From: Candidatus Aenigmatarchaeota archaeon
GTDB taxonomy: Archaea > Aenigmatarchaeota > Aenigmatarchaeia > GW2011-AR5
Reading direction: 5' to 3'
Assembly (NCBI GenBank): GCA_016198685.1
Contig: JACQID010000007.1
Span: 28,695-92,694, forward strand
DNA length: 64,000 nucleotides
In this document: positions 18,265 to 27,903 of the stretch, piece after piece
How positions within the stretch are numbered: position 1 is the first letter of the stretch
Layout of the letters: each line of letters opens with the position of its first letter
Translations under genes and position numbers: made by a program
The notes under the pieces: generated by a model
Seen by the model: only the letters and a program-made list of their open reading frames with translations
What the model was told of the DNA's origin: nothing
The model's database searches: none

Positions 18265-19434
18265 TTACTCCTTTGCAGCTTTCTTCACTGCTTCGGCCAC
18301 GGACAAAGGAACATTCTTGTCAAAGGGATCGGGAATTATCATTTCCGGCGTAGGATTCTTTACGCAAGATGCAAGCGCACGAGCGGCATAAACCTTCATT
18401 TTTTCCGTTATGCGCGCGGCGCGTGCGTCAAGTGCGCCTCTGAAAACGCCCGGGAATGCAAGAACGTTGTTTATCTGGTTAGGGAAGTCGCTTCTTCCTG
18501 TCCCTATTATGAAAGCGCCTCCTGCTTTGGCTTCGTCGGGCAGTATTTCCGGTACCGGATTTGCCATGGCGAATATGACGGACTTTGGCGCCATGGTTTT
18601 TACCATTTCTTTGGTTACAAGATTGCCTTTGGAGAGGCCGATAAAAACATCGGCCCCCTTGAGAGCATCAGCGAGCGTACCCTCAATATTTTCTGGATTC
18701 GTTATATCTGCCATCATCTTCTTGACGCCGTCAATGCCCTTGCGCTTCTTGCTTATCGGACCTTTGCTGTCGCAAACTATGACTTCCTTTGCAGCCGTGC
18801 ATATTTTCTTGTCAACGTCAACGCACATGAGAAGCTTTGCAACCGCCATCCCTGCGGCGCCTGCGCCAGATATGACTATTTTCATGCTTTCAAGCGGCTT
18901 GCTTGTAACTTTTGATGCATTGATCAGCCCTGCAAGTATCACTATTGCTGTTCCATGCTGGTCATCGTGGAAGACAGGTATTCCAATATCCTGGAGCCGC
19001 TCTTCAATCTCAAAGCAGCGCGGAGCAGATATGTCTTCAAGGTTAATGCCGCCGAATGCCGGGGCTATGGCTTTGACTATGCTTATTATCTCGTCTGCAT
19101 CTTTCGTGTTCAGGCATATGGGGAATCCATCAACGCCGCCGAACTGCTTGAAAAGTATAGCCTTGCCTTCCATGACAGGCATTGCAGCTTCAGGACCTAT
19201 ATCGCCCAATCCCAGAACGGCAGTTCCGTCAGTCACGACAGCCACAGAGTTGGATTTCATGGTATAAATATAAGCATTATCCTTGTTGGCTGCGATCTCC
19301 TTGCACACTTCAGCGACGCCGGGCGTATAAGCGAGGGAGAGTTCCTTTCGATCCTTTACCGAAACTTTTGACTTGATCTCTACTTTTCCGTTATTCTTGC
19401 GGTGGAGTTCCAAGGCTTCTTCTCTAAGTCCCAT
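18265..19434 (-). CDS. NAD(P)-dependent malic enzyme
   Basis: LAYTPGVA, TDGTAVLGLG, NLEDI, FHDDQHGT, GAGAAG and NQINNVLAFPG. Confidence 0.95.
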   Translation of the reverse strand: MGLREEALELHRKNNGKVEIKSKVSVKDRKELSLAYTPGVAEVCKEIAANKDNAYIYTMKSNSVAVVTDGTAVLGLGDIGPEAAMPVMEGKAILFKQFGGVDGFPICLNTKDADEIISIVKAIAPAFGGINLEDISAPRCFEIEERLQDIGIPVFHDDQHGTAIVILAGLINASKVTSKPLESMKIVISGAGAAGMAVAKLLMCVDVDKKICTAAKEVIVCDSKGPISKKRKGIDGVKKMMADITNPENIEGTLADALKGADVFIGLSKGNLVTKEMVKTMAPKSVIFAMANPVPEILPDEAKAGGAFIIGTGRSDFPNQINNVLAFPGVFRGALDARAARITEKMKVYAARALASCVKNPTPEMIIPDPFDKNVPLSVAEAVKKAAKE

Positions 19435-19438
19435 CTTA

Positions 19439-19675
19439 TCATTCCTCTATGTCAAGCGCTTCAGCGAGCGCCGGCTTGTCAAATCCAACTATTATTTCTC
19501 CGTCAACATCTATCACAGGCACTCCTCTTTGGCCGGACTTCTTGACCATCGTGTCCATGGCGGCAAGATCTTCCCTGACATTAATTTCACGGTATTTCAC
19601 GCCGTTCTCGTCAAAGAAGGCCTTTGCTTCCTTGCAGAAATGGCAAGTGGGGGTTGTGTATATCAGAACATCCAT
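19439..19675 (-). CDS. Glutaredoxin/NrdH-like redoxin
   Basis: YTTPTCHFC, GQRGVPVI and IVGFD. Confidence 0.9.
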   Translation of the reverse strand: MDVLIYTTPTCHFCKEAKAFFDENGVKYREINVREDLAAMDTMVKKSGQRGVPVIDVDGEIIVGFDKPALAEALDIEE

Positions 19676-19753
19676 CGTATCACCTCATATCGTTATGAAA
19701 AATAAAGATTTATAATAAGCGCCTTAGGCAAACTTTATCTGTATGCGTAACAA

Positions 19754-21115
19754 TTGATGGCTATGAAGCAGTTCGATCTTGTGGTCATAGGCGCAGGTTC
19801 CGGCTTAAATGTTGCAACAAAAGCAGCTGCCGCCGGCCTCAAAGTCGCTATCGTAGAAGAAGGTCCTATGGGAGGTACCTGCCTTAATAGGGGTTGCATA
19901 CCGTCAAAGATAGTGCTTCATTCTGCGGATGTCGCTGAGACTATAGATGGCGCGCGCCGTTTCGGGATAGTGCCGAAAGGTTATAGCGTAGACTTTGCAA
20001 AGGTGACAAGGCGCGCCTCAAACGCCGTGGATGAGGAATCGCGGGAAATAGAGGAAGGGATAAAGGACACCCAAAACCTTGCGTTATTCAAGGCACGGGC
20101 ACGGTTCATTGGCGAACGGACAGTTGCTGCAGGAAATGAAATGATACAAGGCAAGAAGATCGTGATTGCCGCAGGCACGAGACCGGCCATGCCTTCTATT
20201 CCCGGAATAAACAAAGTGAAATACATGACGAGCGATGAAGCGTTGCGAGTCAAGAAACAGCCTAAAAGCATGATAATACTTGGCGGTGGATTCATAGCCG
20301 CGGAGATGGCCCACTTTTACGGTGCGCTAGGCACGAAAATCACAATAATCCAGAGAAGCACGATGCTAAGAAATGAAGATAAAGAAATAGCCGATGCATA
20401 CACAAAGGCAGCCGGCAAAAAATACAAGCTAATGCTTGGATATGAATCGAAGAGCGTTTCGCAGAAAGGCAAGAAGATAACACTAATTATCAAGAATCAA
20501 TCCGGTGCAAAGTCTATAAGTGCAGATTCACTTCTTGTTGCAACCGGCCGCGTGCCGAATTCCGATGTTCTTGATGTCGCGAAAGCCGGGATTGATGTTG
20601 ATGATCGCGGTTACATCAGGACAAATGATTATCTGGAGACCAGCGCGAAAAATGTCTGGGCATTGGGGGATATTGCAGGCAAATATTTGCTGAAGCATTC
20701 AGCGAACCTTGAAGCGCAGTACGTATGGAACAGTATTCTGGGGGACAGGAAGATGGTTGATTACTGGCCAATGCCTCATGCCATATTTTCTTCGCCTCAG
20801 ATAGCTGCTGTCGGCTATACTGAAGAAGAATTGAAAGAGCAGGGCGCTGATTATTCCGGATCAACGTATTACTATCGCAGCACAGGCATGGGTCTTGCAC
20901 TCGATGAGAAGGACGGCTTTGTTAAAATCTTGCTTGCCAAGAAAAGCGGAAAGATACTCGGCTGCCATATCGTAGGTCCTGACGCCGCATCCATCATACA
21001 TGAAGTGATTGTCGCCATGAAAGCCGGGCTCACCGCGGATGCCGTTGGCAGAACCGTGCATATCCATCCTGCCTTATCCGAAGTTGTGCAGCGTGCCGCG
21101 CTGAAAGCGCGATAA
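19754..21115 (+). CDS. Dihydrolipoyl dehydrogenase-like pyridine nucleotide-disulfide oxidoreductase (probable PDH E3)
   Basis: IGAGSG, GGTCLNRGCIPSK redox motif, ATGRVPN, ALGD and HIHPALSE. Confidence 0.85.
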   Translation: MMAMKQFDLVVIGAGSGLNVATKAAAAGLKVAIVEEGPMGGTCLNRGCIPSKIVLHSADVAETIDGARRFGIVPKGYSVDFAKVTRRASNAVDEESREIEEGIKDTQNLALFKARARFIGERTVAAGNEMIQGKKIVIAAGTRPAMPSIPGINKVKYMTSDEALRVKKQPKSMIILGGGFIAAEMAHFYGALGTKITIIQRSTMLRNEDKEIADAYTKAAGKKYKLMLGYESKSVSQKGKKITLIIKNQSGAKSISADSLLVATGRVPNSDVLDVAKAGIDVDDRGYIRTNDYLETSAKNVWALGDIAGKYLLKHSANLEAQYVWNSILGDRKMVDYWPMPHAIFSSPQIAAVGYTEEELKEQGADYSGSTYYYRSTGMGLALDEKDGFVKILLAKKSGKILGCHIVGPDAASIIHEVIVAMKAGLTADAVGRTVHIHPALSEVVQRAALKAR

Positions 21116-21161
21116 AACTTTGCTTAGGAACTTAAATATTTTATTTAAAATAAATATATTT

Positions 21162-21782
21162 GTGAAACCGACCATCATAGCCCCAATAGGCGGCGACAGT
21201 TCTGCCATCTTTCGCGGAATCCGGGAATTCGGCGCGGAAAAGATAATTCTTCTGCATGTGCGTGAACATAGGAAGGATGCGGATAATCTCAAGGCCGAAC
21301 TGGCCAAATTCTCTGTTCCTGCTCTTTCCATGCAAATGAGTGAGCCTGTATGGGAATCGATTTTCAGGACCATCGGACAGATGCGCAATGAAGATTCCAT
21401 GATTAATGTTGGCGCTTCATATTCCCGTCTAAAATCTGCCGCAATTTCCGCGGCATTTGTGAATGGCATGAGGGGGTTTGATGTTGAGGGCGATAAAATA
21501 ATGCCGTTGCCCGTGCTGAAGCTGCCGTATTACGGCATGATAGCAAAGAAGAAGATGGAGATACTCCAATTCCTGGCGAAGCATGGCGGCAAAGAATCCG
21601 CTCTTGAATCCATAACAAAAAGCCTGAACATGAGTCTTCCGCTATTATCCTATTACATTAACGGCAATGCGAAAACCGAAGGCCTGAAGCAGGCAGGACT
21701 TGTGGAAACTAAGGCAAAAGGAAGGCACGTTATAGTTTTTCTTACTTTGACAGGCAGACTGCTTATGGAATCCATCGCATAA
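21162..21782 (+). CDS. CARF-like (DUF6293/HFX_2341-type) Rossmann plus winged-helix regulator
   Basis: N-terminal IIAPIGGD...GAEKIILL and INVGAS motifs; C-terminal wHTH (SLPLLSYYI...GLKQAGLV...LTLTGRL). Likely GTG start at 21162. Confidence 0.65.
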   Translation: MKPTIIAPIGGDSSAIFRGIREFGAEKIILLHVREHRKDADNLKAELAKFSVPALSMQMSEPVWESIFRTIGQMRNEDSMINVGASYSRLKSAAISAAFVNGMRGFDVEGDKIMPLPVLKLPYYGMIAKKKMEILQFLAKHGGKESALESITKSLNMSLPLLSYYINGNAKTEGLKQAGLVETKAKGRHVIVFLTLTGRLLMESIA

Positions 21783-21813
21783 AGAACCTGCTGCATACAA
21801 TGCAAAGACTTAT

Positions 21814-22836
21814 ATGGATTTGCCAAACGAATACATCATGGGCGACAAAATCGGCTGGCTTGAGAGGCTTGCCGGAAGCGGCGCATATGACACGATACTA
21901 ATGGACAGCTCCGTAATCAGCATTAATACGGACGGAGCGTCCACTATAAGGGATGCCAAAAATCTTCGTGACATAAATCCCGATGACCTGGATTACACGC
22001 TACAGGAGTTGGACGAGCATTTGGCTTTTCTGAATTCGGATATTTCCTGCAAGATTTACACGATACCCGAAGTTGTGGCCGAATTTGGAAGACTGAAGTC
22101 GGGTATTGACAATCATTATAAGCTCATAAATACGATTGAAGAAAACAAGGTACGAAGGGCGGGAAGAAACGTACGTAATAAGCGCAAGAAATATAGGCGT
22201 AGGCCGGAAGTTTGGGATGCGCCGGAAAGGGTGTGGGCGAGAAACAGGCAGGTGTCCACCGAGAAAAAAGAAACAAGCGAGCAATATACGTTGTTCAGGT
22301 ATGTTCAGGATGCGGTTTCAGGAATAGAAAATGCCCTCGGCGGGCGATTAATTCCTGTCGTCAACCCCGGAACTTACGAGGACTTGAAAGCAGTTGTGAA
22401 CGAATTATCAGAAGCGAAAAGTCTCAAAAAGCCATATGCGCAAGGATTTGGAAGATATGATTATACGGATTTGCACACCGATGAGGCGATAATCAGTATG
22501 GCTATCTATCTTGCCGTTTTTGAAGGCAGAAGTGTGGGCGTGGCTACGGAAGATTTCGACTTGGCAAGAATACTTACGGAAGCATGCAGATATTGGAACG
22601 CCATAGAAGCATCGGAAGGGATTGAAGGAATTGATTTTAAGCTAAAAGGAAATCCTGTGATTTTAATGCAGTACAATGCCAAAGGCAGCTACGGGTTTAG
22701 CACCAACGAAATGCGTTCTTCGGGCAATGGCATATGCAGGGTATATTCCGACAATGAGGAAGACATGCGGTTTCGGGAAAGATGCCTAGACATTTCGCGA
22801 AAAGCAGCCGATTACAAGGCGGCGAAGGTCGCGTAA
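21814..22836 (+). CDS. Divergent PIN-domain protein with a long basic insertion
   Basis: Acidic PIN motifs ILMDSS, IYTIPEVVAE, HTDEAIISMA and VATEDFDL, interrupted by an R/K-rich insert. Confidence 0.55.
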   Translation: MDLPNEYIMGDKIGWLERLAGSGAYDTILMDSSVISINTDGASTIRDAKNLRDINPDDLDYTLQELDEHLAFLNSDISCKIYTIPEVVAEFGRLKSGIDNHYKLINTIEENKVRRAGRNVRNKRKKYRRRPEVWDAPERVWARNRQVSTEKKETSEQYTLFRYVQDAVSGIENALGGRLIPVVNPGTYEDLKAVVNELSEAKSLKKPYAQGFGRYDYTDLHTDEAIISMAIYLAVFEGRSVGVATEDFDLARILTEACRYWNAIEASEGIEGIDFKLKGNPVILMQYNAKGSYGFSTNEMRSSGNGICRVYSDNEEDMRFRERCLDISRKAADYKAAKVA

Positions 22837-22871
22837 GACTCTATTTTTATGCGTAATAAGTTACAAGAATC

Positions 22872-23552
22872 ATGGAGACGCGCTTCTGGGAAATTGATTT
22901 CTTCCGTGGATGCGCCGTCATTCTCATGGTCATATATCATTTCTTTTATGACATGAATTTCTTCGCAGGCGGGAATTACGACATTTCTTCGGGCATACTC
23001 TGGCTAATTGGAAGAGCAGCTGCAGTCTTGTTTGTGTTCATTGCAGGCGTTTCAATGAGCCTGAGCTATTCCAGGAACCATGATTTCATGAAGTTCCTGC
23101 GCAGAGGCGCAAAGATATTAGCGGCAGCCGGAGGAATAACTTTGATCACGTGGCTTTTCTTTCCCGACAAGTTTATCGTGTTCGGAATTCTGCACATGAT
23201 CGGTGTTTCTTCGATTCTGGCATATCCGCTTCTTAAGCGGATGAAACTGAACGTTGTTTTGGGGGCATTCATATTCATTTCAGGGATAATGATGTGGCCG
23301 CATTTCACGGATGTGCAATGGCTTTTATGGCTTGTGCCTCATGCATTCAATACATTCGATTATTTCCCGCTCTTTCCATGGTTTGGCCTAATGCTTCTTG
23401 GCATAGCCGCGGGTAATTATATTTATTGTGATAGACGCCTGCGCTTCAGGTCAAGAATTACTATAATAGAAGCCTTGGGAAGGCACTCCCTTTTGATTTA
23501 TCTTGTTCATCAGCCTCTTCTTCTTGGACTAATCTACCTTCTATATCTTTGA
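22872..23552 (+). CDS. DUF1624/HGSNAT-like membrane acyltransferase
   Basis: RFWEIDFFRG, FGILH, DYFPLFPW and LGRHSLLIYLVHQP. Confidence 0.88.
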   Translation: METRFWEIDFFRGCAVILMVIYHFFYDMNFFAGGNYDISSGILWLIGRAAAVLFVFIAGVSMSLSYSRNHDFMKFLRRGAKILAAAGGITLITWLFFPDKFIVFGILHMIGVSSILAYPLLKRMKLNVVLGAFIFISGIMMWPHFTDVQWLLWLVPHAFNTFDYFPLFPWFGLMLLGIAAGNYIYCDRRLRFRSRITIIEALGRHSLLIYLVHQPLLLGLIYLLYL

Positions 23553-23580
23553 TTTATCTTTTCAGATGCAATAGGATCAA

Positions 23581-23973
23581 ATGAAGTTTTACATAGCATC
23601 GCGGTTTGGAAAAGCGGCTGAAGTTAAGGAAATGACAAAAAAACTTGAGGAAATGGGCCACAGCGTAACCACGGACTGGACGCAGCACGGCGCGATTAAG
23701 CCGTATTCGCAGAACGCGTCAAAGGCCATGCTTTATTCGATAGAAGATGTGCAAGGAGTTCTCAACAGCGACGTCTTTATACTCATCACTGACGAGGGCG
23801 GAAAAGGCATGTATGTGGAATTAGGAGTTGCCATTGCCTCATTCATAGAGAAGAAAACCCCGAGAATATACATAGTTGGGGCTCACAATGAAAACACCAT
23901 ATTCTTTTTCCACCCGTCCATTTCGCGCAAGCAGAACATGGAAGAAGTGTTCAACGATCTGAAATATAGGTAA
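23581..23973 (+). CDS. Nucleoside 2-deoxyribosyltransferase-like protein
   Basis: FYIAS, DVQGVLNSDVFI and GMYVELGVA, the NDT/Rcl-like signature with its catalytic Glu. Confidence 0.65.
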   Translation: MKFYIASRFGKAAEVKEMTKKLEEMGHSVTTDWTQHGAIKPYSQNASKAMLYSIEDVQGVLNSDVFILITDEGGKGMYVELGVAIASFIEKKTPRIYIVGAHNENTIFFFHPSISRKQNMEEVFNDLKYR

Positions 23974-23978
23974 ATGTT

Positions 23979-24500
23979 TCAGGCCTGATTTTTCCATTTG
24001 TGTTCTTCTATGCCGGCCCTTTTATTCACAAGCCTCGCCAATGCGAAGAATAGATCGGAGAGGCGGTTGAGATAGCGGAAAACTTCGCGATTCGTCGTTT
24101 CTTTTTCCGATAGCCTGAGAAATGCCCGCTCGGCCTTCCTTGCGCTTGCGCGGCACGAATGCAGCAGCGCGTCATCCTGGGTCTGGCCTGGAAGTATGAA
24201 ATTCTGGAGTGGCGGAAGCTCAGCTTCCGCCTTTTTCATTGCATCTTCGAGCTTCACAATATCGGAAGGCGTAATCATACCCTTGCCTGAAAGGCTTGCA
24301 AGGTCGGCTCCCGCGCTGAAGATTGTCTCGCTTATGCGTGTAAGAGTCGCCTTTAGTTCTTTGTCATTTATTGCGGCACGCGCAAGGCCGACAGAGGCAT
24401 TCAGTTCATCGAGCGCTCCGATTGCATCAATCCGCAAGGATGTTTTCTTGGTTTCCCCCCCGACAAGGCTTGTATCATCGGAATCCTGGAAATTTTTCAT
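23979..24500 (-). CDS. PduO-type ATP:cob(I)alamin adenosyltransferase homologue
   Basis: GALDELNA, NFILPG, ARKAER and YLNRLSDLFF. Start trimmed to MKNFQ. Confidence 0.8.
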   Translation of the reverse strand: MKNFQDSDDTSLVGGETKKTSLRIDAIGALDELNASVGLARAAINDKELKATLTRISETIFSAGADLASLSGKGMITPSDIVKLEDAMKKAEAELPPLQNFILPGQTQDDALLHSCRASARKAERAFLRLSEKETTNREVFRYLNRLSDLFFALARLVNKRAGIEEHKWKNQA

Positions 24501-24539
24501 ATAGATCAGCTTTATATGGCAGAAAAGCCATTTTAAATA

Positions 24540-24965
24540 ATGGCAATCGTGGACTTTAATATCGATGTTATGGTAGTCCTCATTTCGGCAGTGGCTTATA
24601 CTGCTATCGGATTTGTCTGGTATTCTGACATGCTTTTCGGCAAACAATGGAGAAAAATAATGAAAATAACTGCTGCTGACATAGCAAAGGCCAAGAAAAA
24701 AGGAATGGCCATGGGCTTTACCGCAACTTTTGTTGCGTCAATAATATCAGCATTTGTGCTTGCGCAATTCGTGCGACTTGCAGGCGTTTCTTCTGCCCTT
24801 GAAGGCGCTATGGTCGGTGGTGTAGCATGGGTTGGTTTCATAGCCACAGTACTACTAACTTCGGTTGTGTATGAGAGCAAGCCAATCAAGCTATATACGA
24901 TCAACGCCGGCTATCATCTTGTCGGCTTTGCCGTAATGGGCGCGATACTCGCATCAATGGCATAA
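24540..24965 (+). CDS. DUF1761-family membrane protein
   Basis: IGFVWYS..LFGKQW and INAGYHL motifs. Confidence 0.8.
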   Translation: MAIVDFNIDVMVVLISAVAYTAIGFVWYSDMLFGKQWRKIMKITAADIAKAKKKGMAMGFTATFVASIISAFVLAQFVRLAGVSSALEGAMVGGVAWVGFIATVLLTSVVYESKPIKLYTINAGYHLVGFAVMGAILASMA

Positions 24966-24967
24966 GA

Positions 24968-25360
24968 ATGAAGACAATACGTCAGTCTATTATTTTCAAC
25001 GCTTCTTCTCACGAGATCTTTGAGATGCTGATGGATTCAGAGAAGCATTCATTCTTCACAGATGACAAGGCTTCCATAAGCCGGAAAGTGGGCGGCAAAA
25101 TCTCGGCATATGGCGGCTATATTGAAGGCAAAAATCTCGAGATAATTCCTGATAAAAAGATGGTGCAGGAATGGCGCGCAATCGACTGGGATGACGGGAT
25201 TTGGTCTATAATTACTTTTGAATTCAAGGCCTCCGGGAGGGGATGCAAGCTTATCTTCACTCAGGAAGGCGTCCCTGACAACCAGTTCAAAGAAATAAGC
25301 AAGGGCTGGAAGGAACATTACTGGGATAGGATGAAGAAAGTGCTGGAGAGTCGTCAATAA
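24968..25360 (+). CDS. SRPBCC/Aha1-like domain protein
   Basis: VGGKISAYGG, PDKKMVQEWR and GWKEHYW. Confidence 0.85.
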   Translation: MKTIRQSIIFNASSHEIFEMLMDSEKHSFFTDDKASISRKVGGKISAYGGYIEGKNLEIIPDKKMVQEWRAIDWDDGIWSIITFEFKASGRGCKLIFTQEGVPDNQFKEISKGWKEHYWDRMKKVLESRQ

Positions 25361-25493
25361 ATTTTGTTGCATGAATGACTCTCTGGTGCCCAGCTGCATT
25401 CCATAAAGCCATGACTTATTGTTGTCTACCCGAACCTTTGCAGCAATGTCTTAGCAATAATCAAATTTATATGATGGCAAACCAATTATTTGC

Positions 25494-26951
25494 ATGTATA
25501 AGATTTACATTGACGGGTCATGGGTAAATTCTTTTTCGGGAAAGACATTTGAAAGTTTCAATCCTGCGACGAGAAAATCCATCGGCACTTTTCAGCAAGG
25601 GGATGCTGCAGACGCAAAGCAGGCGATAGACGCTGCGCAAGATGCGCAGAAAAACTGGGCCGATACGCCTGCGCCTTCAAGGGCAAAAATACTGTTCAAT
25701 ATACGCGATCTATTGATAAAGGACAAAGAGAGGCTCGGGCGGCTCGTGACAACGGAAATGGGCAAGATTCTGAAAGAAGGCATGGGCGACATTCAGGAAG
25801 CCATAGACATCTTTGAATATATGGCAGGGGAGGGCCGAAGGCTATTTGGCCATACTGTGCCATCCGAGCTGCCGGATAAATTTTCCATGACTACCCGTCT
25901 TCCCATAGGCGTAGTCTCAGTAATAACTCCGTGGAATTTTCCAATAGCGGTGCCGGCGTGGAAGATGGCGGCAGCGCTGATATGCGGAAACAGCATAGTA
26001 TGGAAACCTTCATCAGACACGCCGCTCTGCGCTGTCGAGCTTGTGAAAATATTTGAGAAAGCAGGCATGCCCAAGGGCGTTGTGAATTTAGTCACAGGGC
26101 CTGGTTCATCTGTAGGCGACGAGCTTGTGAGAAACAAAGCAGTAAGCGGCATATCATTCACCGGACATAGAGATACCGGAGAAGATATACTCAGGAAAGC
26201 TGGTGTCAAGAGGGTCGGCCTCGAACTTGGCGGCAAGAACGGCATAATAGTCATGGATGATGCGGATCTTGGTCTGGCAGTTGATGGGATAGTCTGGGGC
26301 GCTTATGGAACATCTGGCCAAAGATGCACTGCGGCATCCAGAATTATAGCGCATGAAAAAATCTCTCAAAAACTTGAGAGATTATTGATCTCAAGGATTG
26401 CAAAAATAAGAGTCGGGAATGGTTTGCAGAAAACTACGGATATGGGGCCTCTTATCAATGAAGGTGCGATCAAGAAATGCGAGAAATATATAGAGATAGG
26501 AAAAAACGAGGGTGCAAAACTTGCATACGGCGGAAAAAGGCTTAATAGCAAAGGCTATTTCTTCTCGCCGAGCCTGTTCACAAAAGTCACGTCGGATATG
26601 AGAATAGCGCAGGAGGAAATATTCGGGCCGGTTTTATCAATGATCACTGTAAAGAATTTCGATGAAGTTATAGACACAATTAATTCTGTTGATTATGGGC
26701 TTTCATCAAGCATATATACCAAGGATATGAAGGCGGCGTTCAGGGCAGTTCGGGAAATAGAGGCAGGCCTTACGTACGTGAATTCATCGACGACAGGCAG
26801 CGAGGCTCACATGCCTTTTGGGGGCGTCAAAGGAACAGGCAACGGCGTTCGGGAGGCAGGCATAATGGGTATAGAGGAATTCTCTAATGTCAAGACGGTC
26901 TACTTTGATTATTCCGGCCGCCTACAGAAGGCGCAGATAGATACCGGCTAG
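25494..26951 (+). CDS. NAD(P)-dependent aldehyde dehydrogenase
   Basis: ITPWNFP, FTGH, ELGGKN, GQRCTA and QEEIFGPV. Confidence 0.95.
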   Translation: MYKIYIDGSWVNSFSGKTFESFNPATRKSIGTFQQGDAADAKQAIDAAQDAQKNWADTPAPSRAKILFNIRDLLIKDKERLGRLVTTEMGKILKEGMGDIQEAIDIFEYMAGEGRRLFGHTVPSELPDKFSMTTRLPIGVVSVITPWNFPIAVPAWKMAAALICGNSIVWKPSSDTPLCAVELVKIFEKAGMPKGVVNLVTGPGSSVGDELVRNKAVSGISFTGHRDTGEDILRKAGVKRVGLELGGKNGIIVMDDADLGLAVDGIVWGAYGTSGQRCTAASRIIAHEKISQKLERLLISRIAKIRVGNGLQKTTDMGPLINEGAIKKCEKYIEIGKNEGAKLAYGGKRLNSKGYFFSPSLFTKVTSDMRIAQEEIFGPVLSMITVKNFDEVIDTINSVDYGLSSSIYTKDMKAAFRAVREIEAGLTYVNSSTTGSEAHMPFGGVKGTGNGVREAGIMGIEEFSNVKTVYFDYSGRLQKAQIDTG

Positions 26952-27817
26952 CAATCATGCGGATATTGGAGATCCTTTAGAAACCGTTCCATTTCAGCTG
27001 AAAGCTGAACCTTTGGTTGGGGGTCGGCTGCTTCCGGGCGGTTTCTTCTCGTCCATTCATGGTCAAACGTTGCCTGCATTATTTCAATGTCGTCCCGCCA
27101 TTGGCGGTCGGCCATCATATAGCTTATATATCTGTTTTCATATTCTCTTGTTTCCGTATCTAAGAAGGATTCTTCCAAAGGCATGCCGATGATCTCGTGG
27201 GCTTTGTCAGCAAGTCGTTTCATATAGGGGTGATTCTGGACATATATATGGTCTGGAAGGTACTTAGGGACGATAATTTCCAGCCCCATGGAGTCTATTC
27301 CATTCTCCTGCGCCTGAAAAAGAATCAAAGGCCCCGCACCCGCATTTTCCCTGTCGTCAGTGAGGGGATAAAGAGACGGATCGCTTGGTTTGCGGGAGCC
27401 GTGCGTATAGTAATAATAAGCGTCTCTTGTGTGCGGGACATCGTTCCTGATGGTATCATCCATAAGCAGAAGTTTCCCTATGCCTAATTCTTGCGCTATA
27501 TCTATGAACTGTTTAGCATATTCACTTTCTGCATTTTCAGGCTGCGTGCCGAGAAAAACTGCAAGTGCTTTGCCGTCAATTTCCATGAGATAGAAATCGT
27601 TTTCCGGCCCCGGAAAGTCGCGTATTTTCCCGTCGTGTATCAAGACACGGCTACCGCGTTTGTTATAATATGCCTGCCAAGGTATTATATGGGTTTTTCT
27701 TGTATTGACTCTGTGATATCCCCCCAAAGCGATGAGTTTGGCCGCATCATAGGAAATCTTTGTTTCATATGGATTTTTGAATGCTGCTATGAGCGGCAGG
27801 TTACCTTTTTCGGGCAT
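26948..27817 (-). CDS. PAC2/proteasome-assembly-chaperone-like protein
   Basis: FLGTQP, FIDIAQELGIGKLLLM and downstream GAGPLIL...GIDSMGL...VPKYL; similarity is weak. Confidence 0.5.
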   Translation of the reverse strand: MPEKGNLPLIAAFKNPYETKISYDAAKLIALGGYHRVNTRKTHIIPWQAYYNKRGSRVLIHDGKIRDFPGPENDFYLMEIDGKALAVFLGTQPENAESEYAKQFIDIAQELGIGKLLLMDDTIRNDVPHTRDAYYYYTHGSRKPSDPSLYPLTDDRENAGAGPLILFQAQENGIDSMGLEIIVPKYLPDHIYVQNHPYMKRLADKAHEIIGMPLEESFLDTETREYENRYISYMMADRQWRDDIEIMQATFDHEWTRRNRPEAADPQPKVQLSAEMERFLKDLQYPHDC

Positions 27818-27903
27818 TTTCTTTTCATGTTATAAAATATTAAATAGCTTGCGCTTGGGGCAGATAGGATTATATAGGGTAATGAACAATTATTAGCGGT
27901 ATC

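Noticed and set aside
6445-19267. Long antisense or alternate-frame ORFs (6445-7278, 13667-14623, 18076-18915, 18410-19267 and similar)
   Set aside because: They fully overlap well-supported genes on the opposite strand and have no motifs; these are shadow ORFs.
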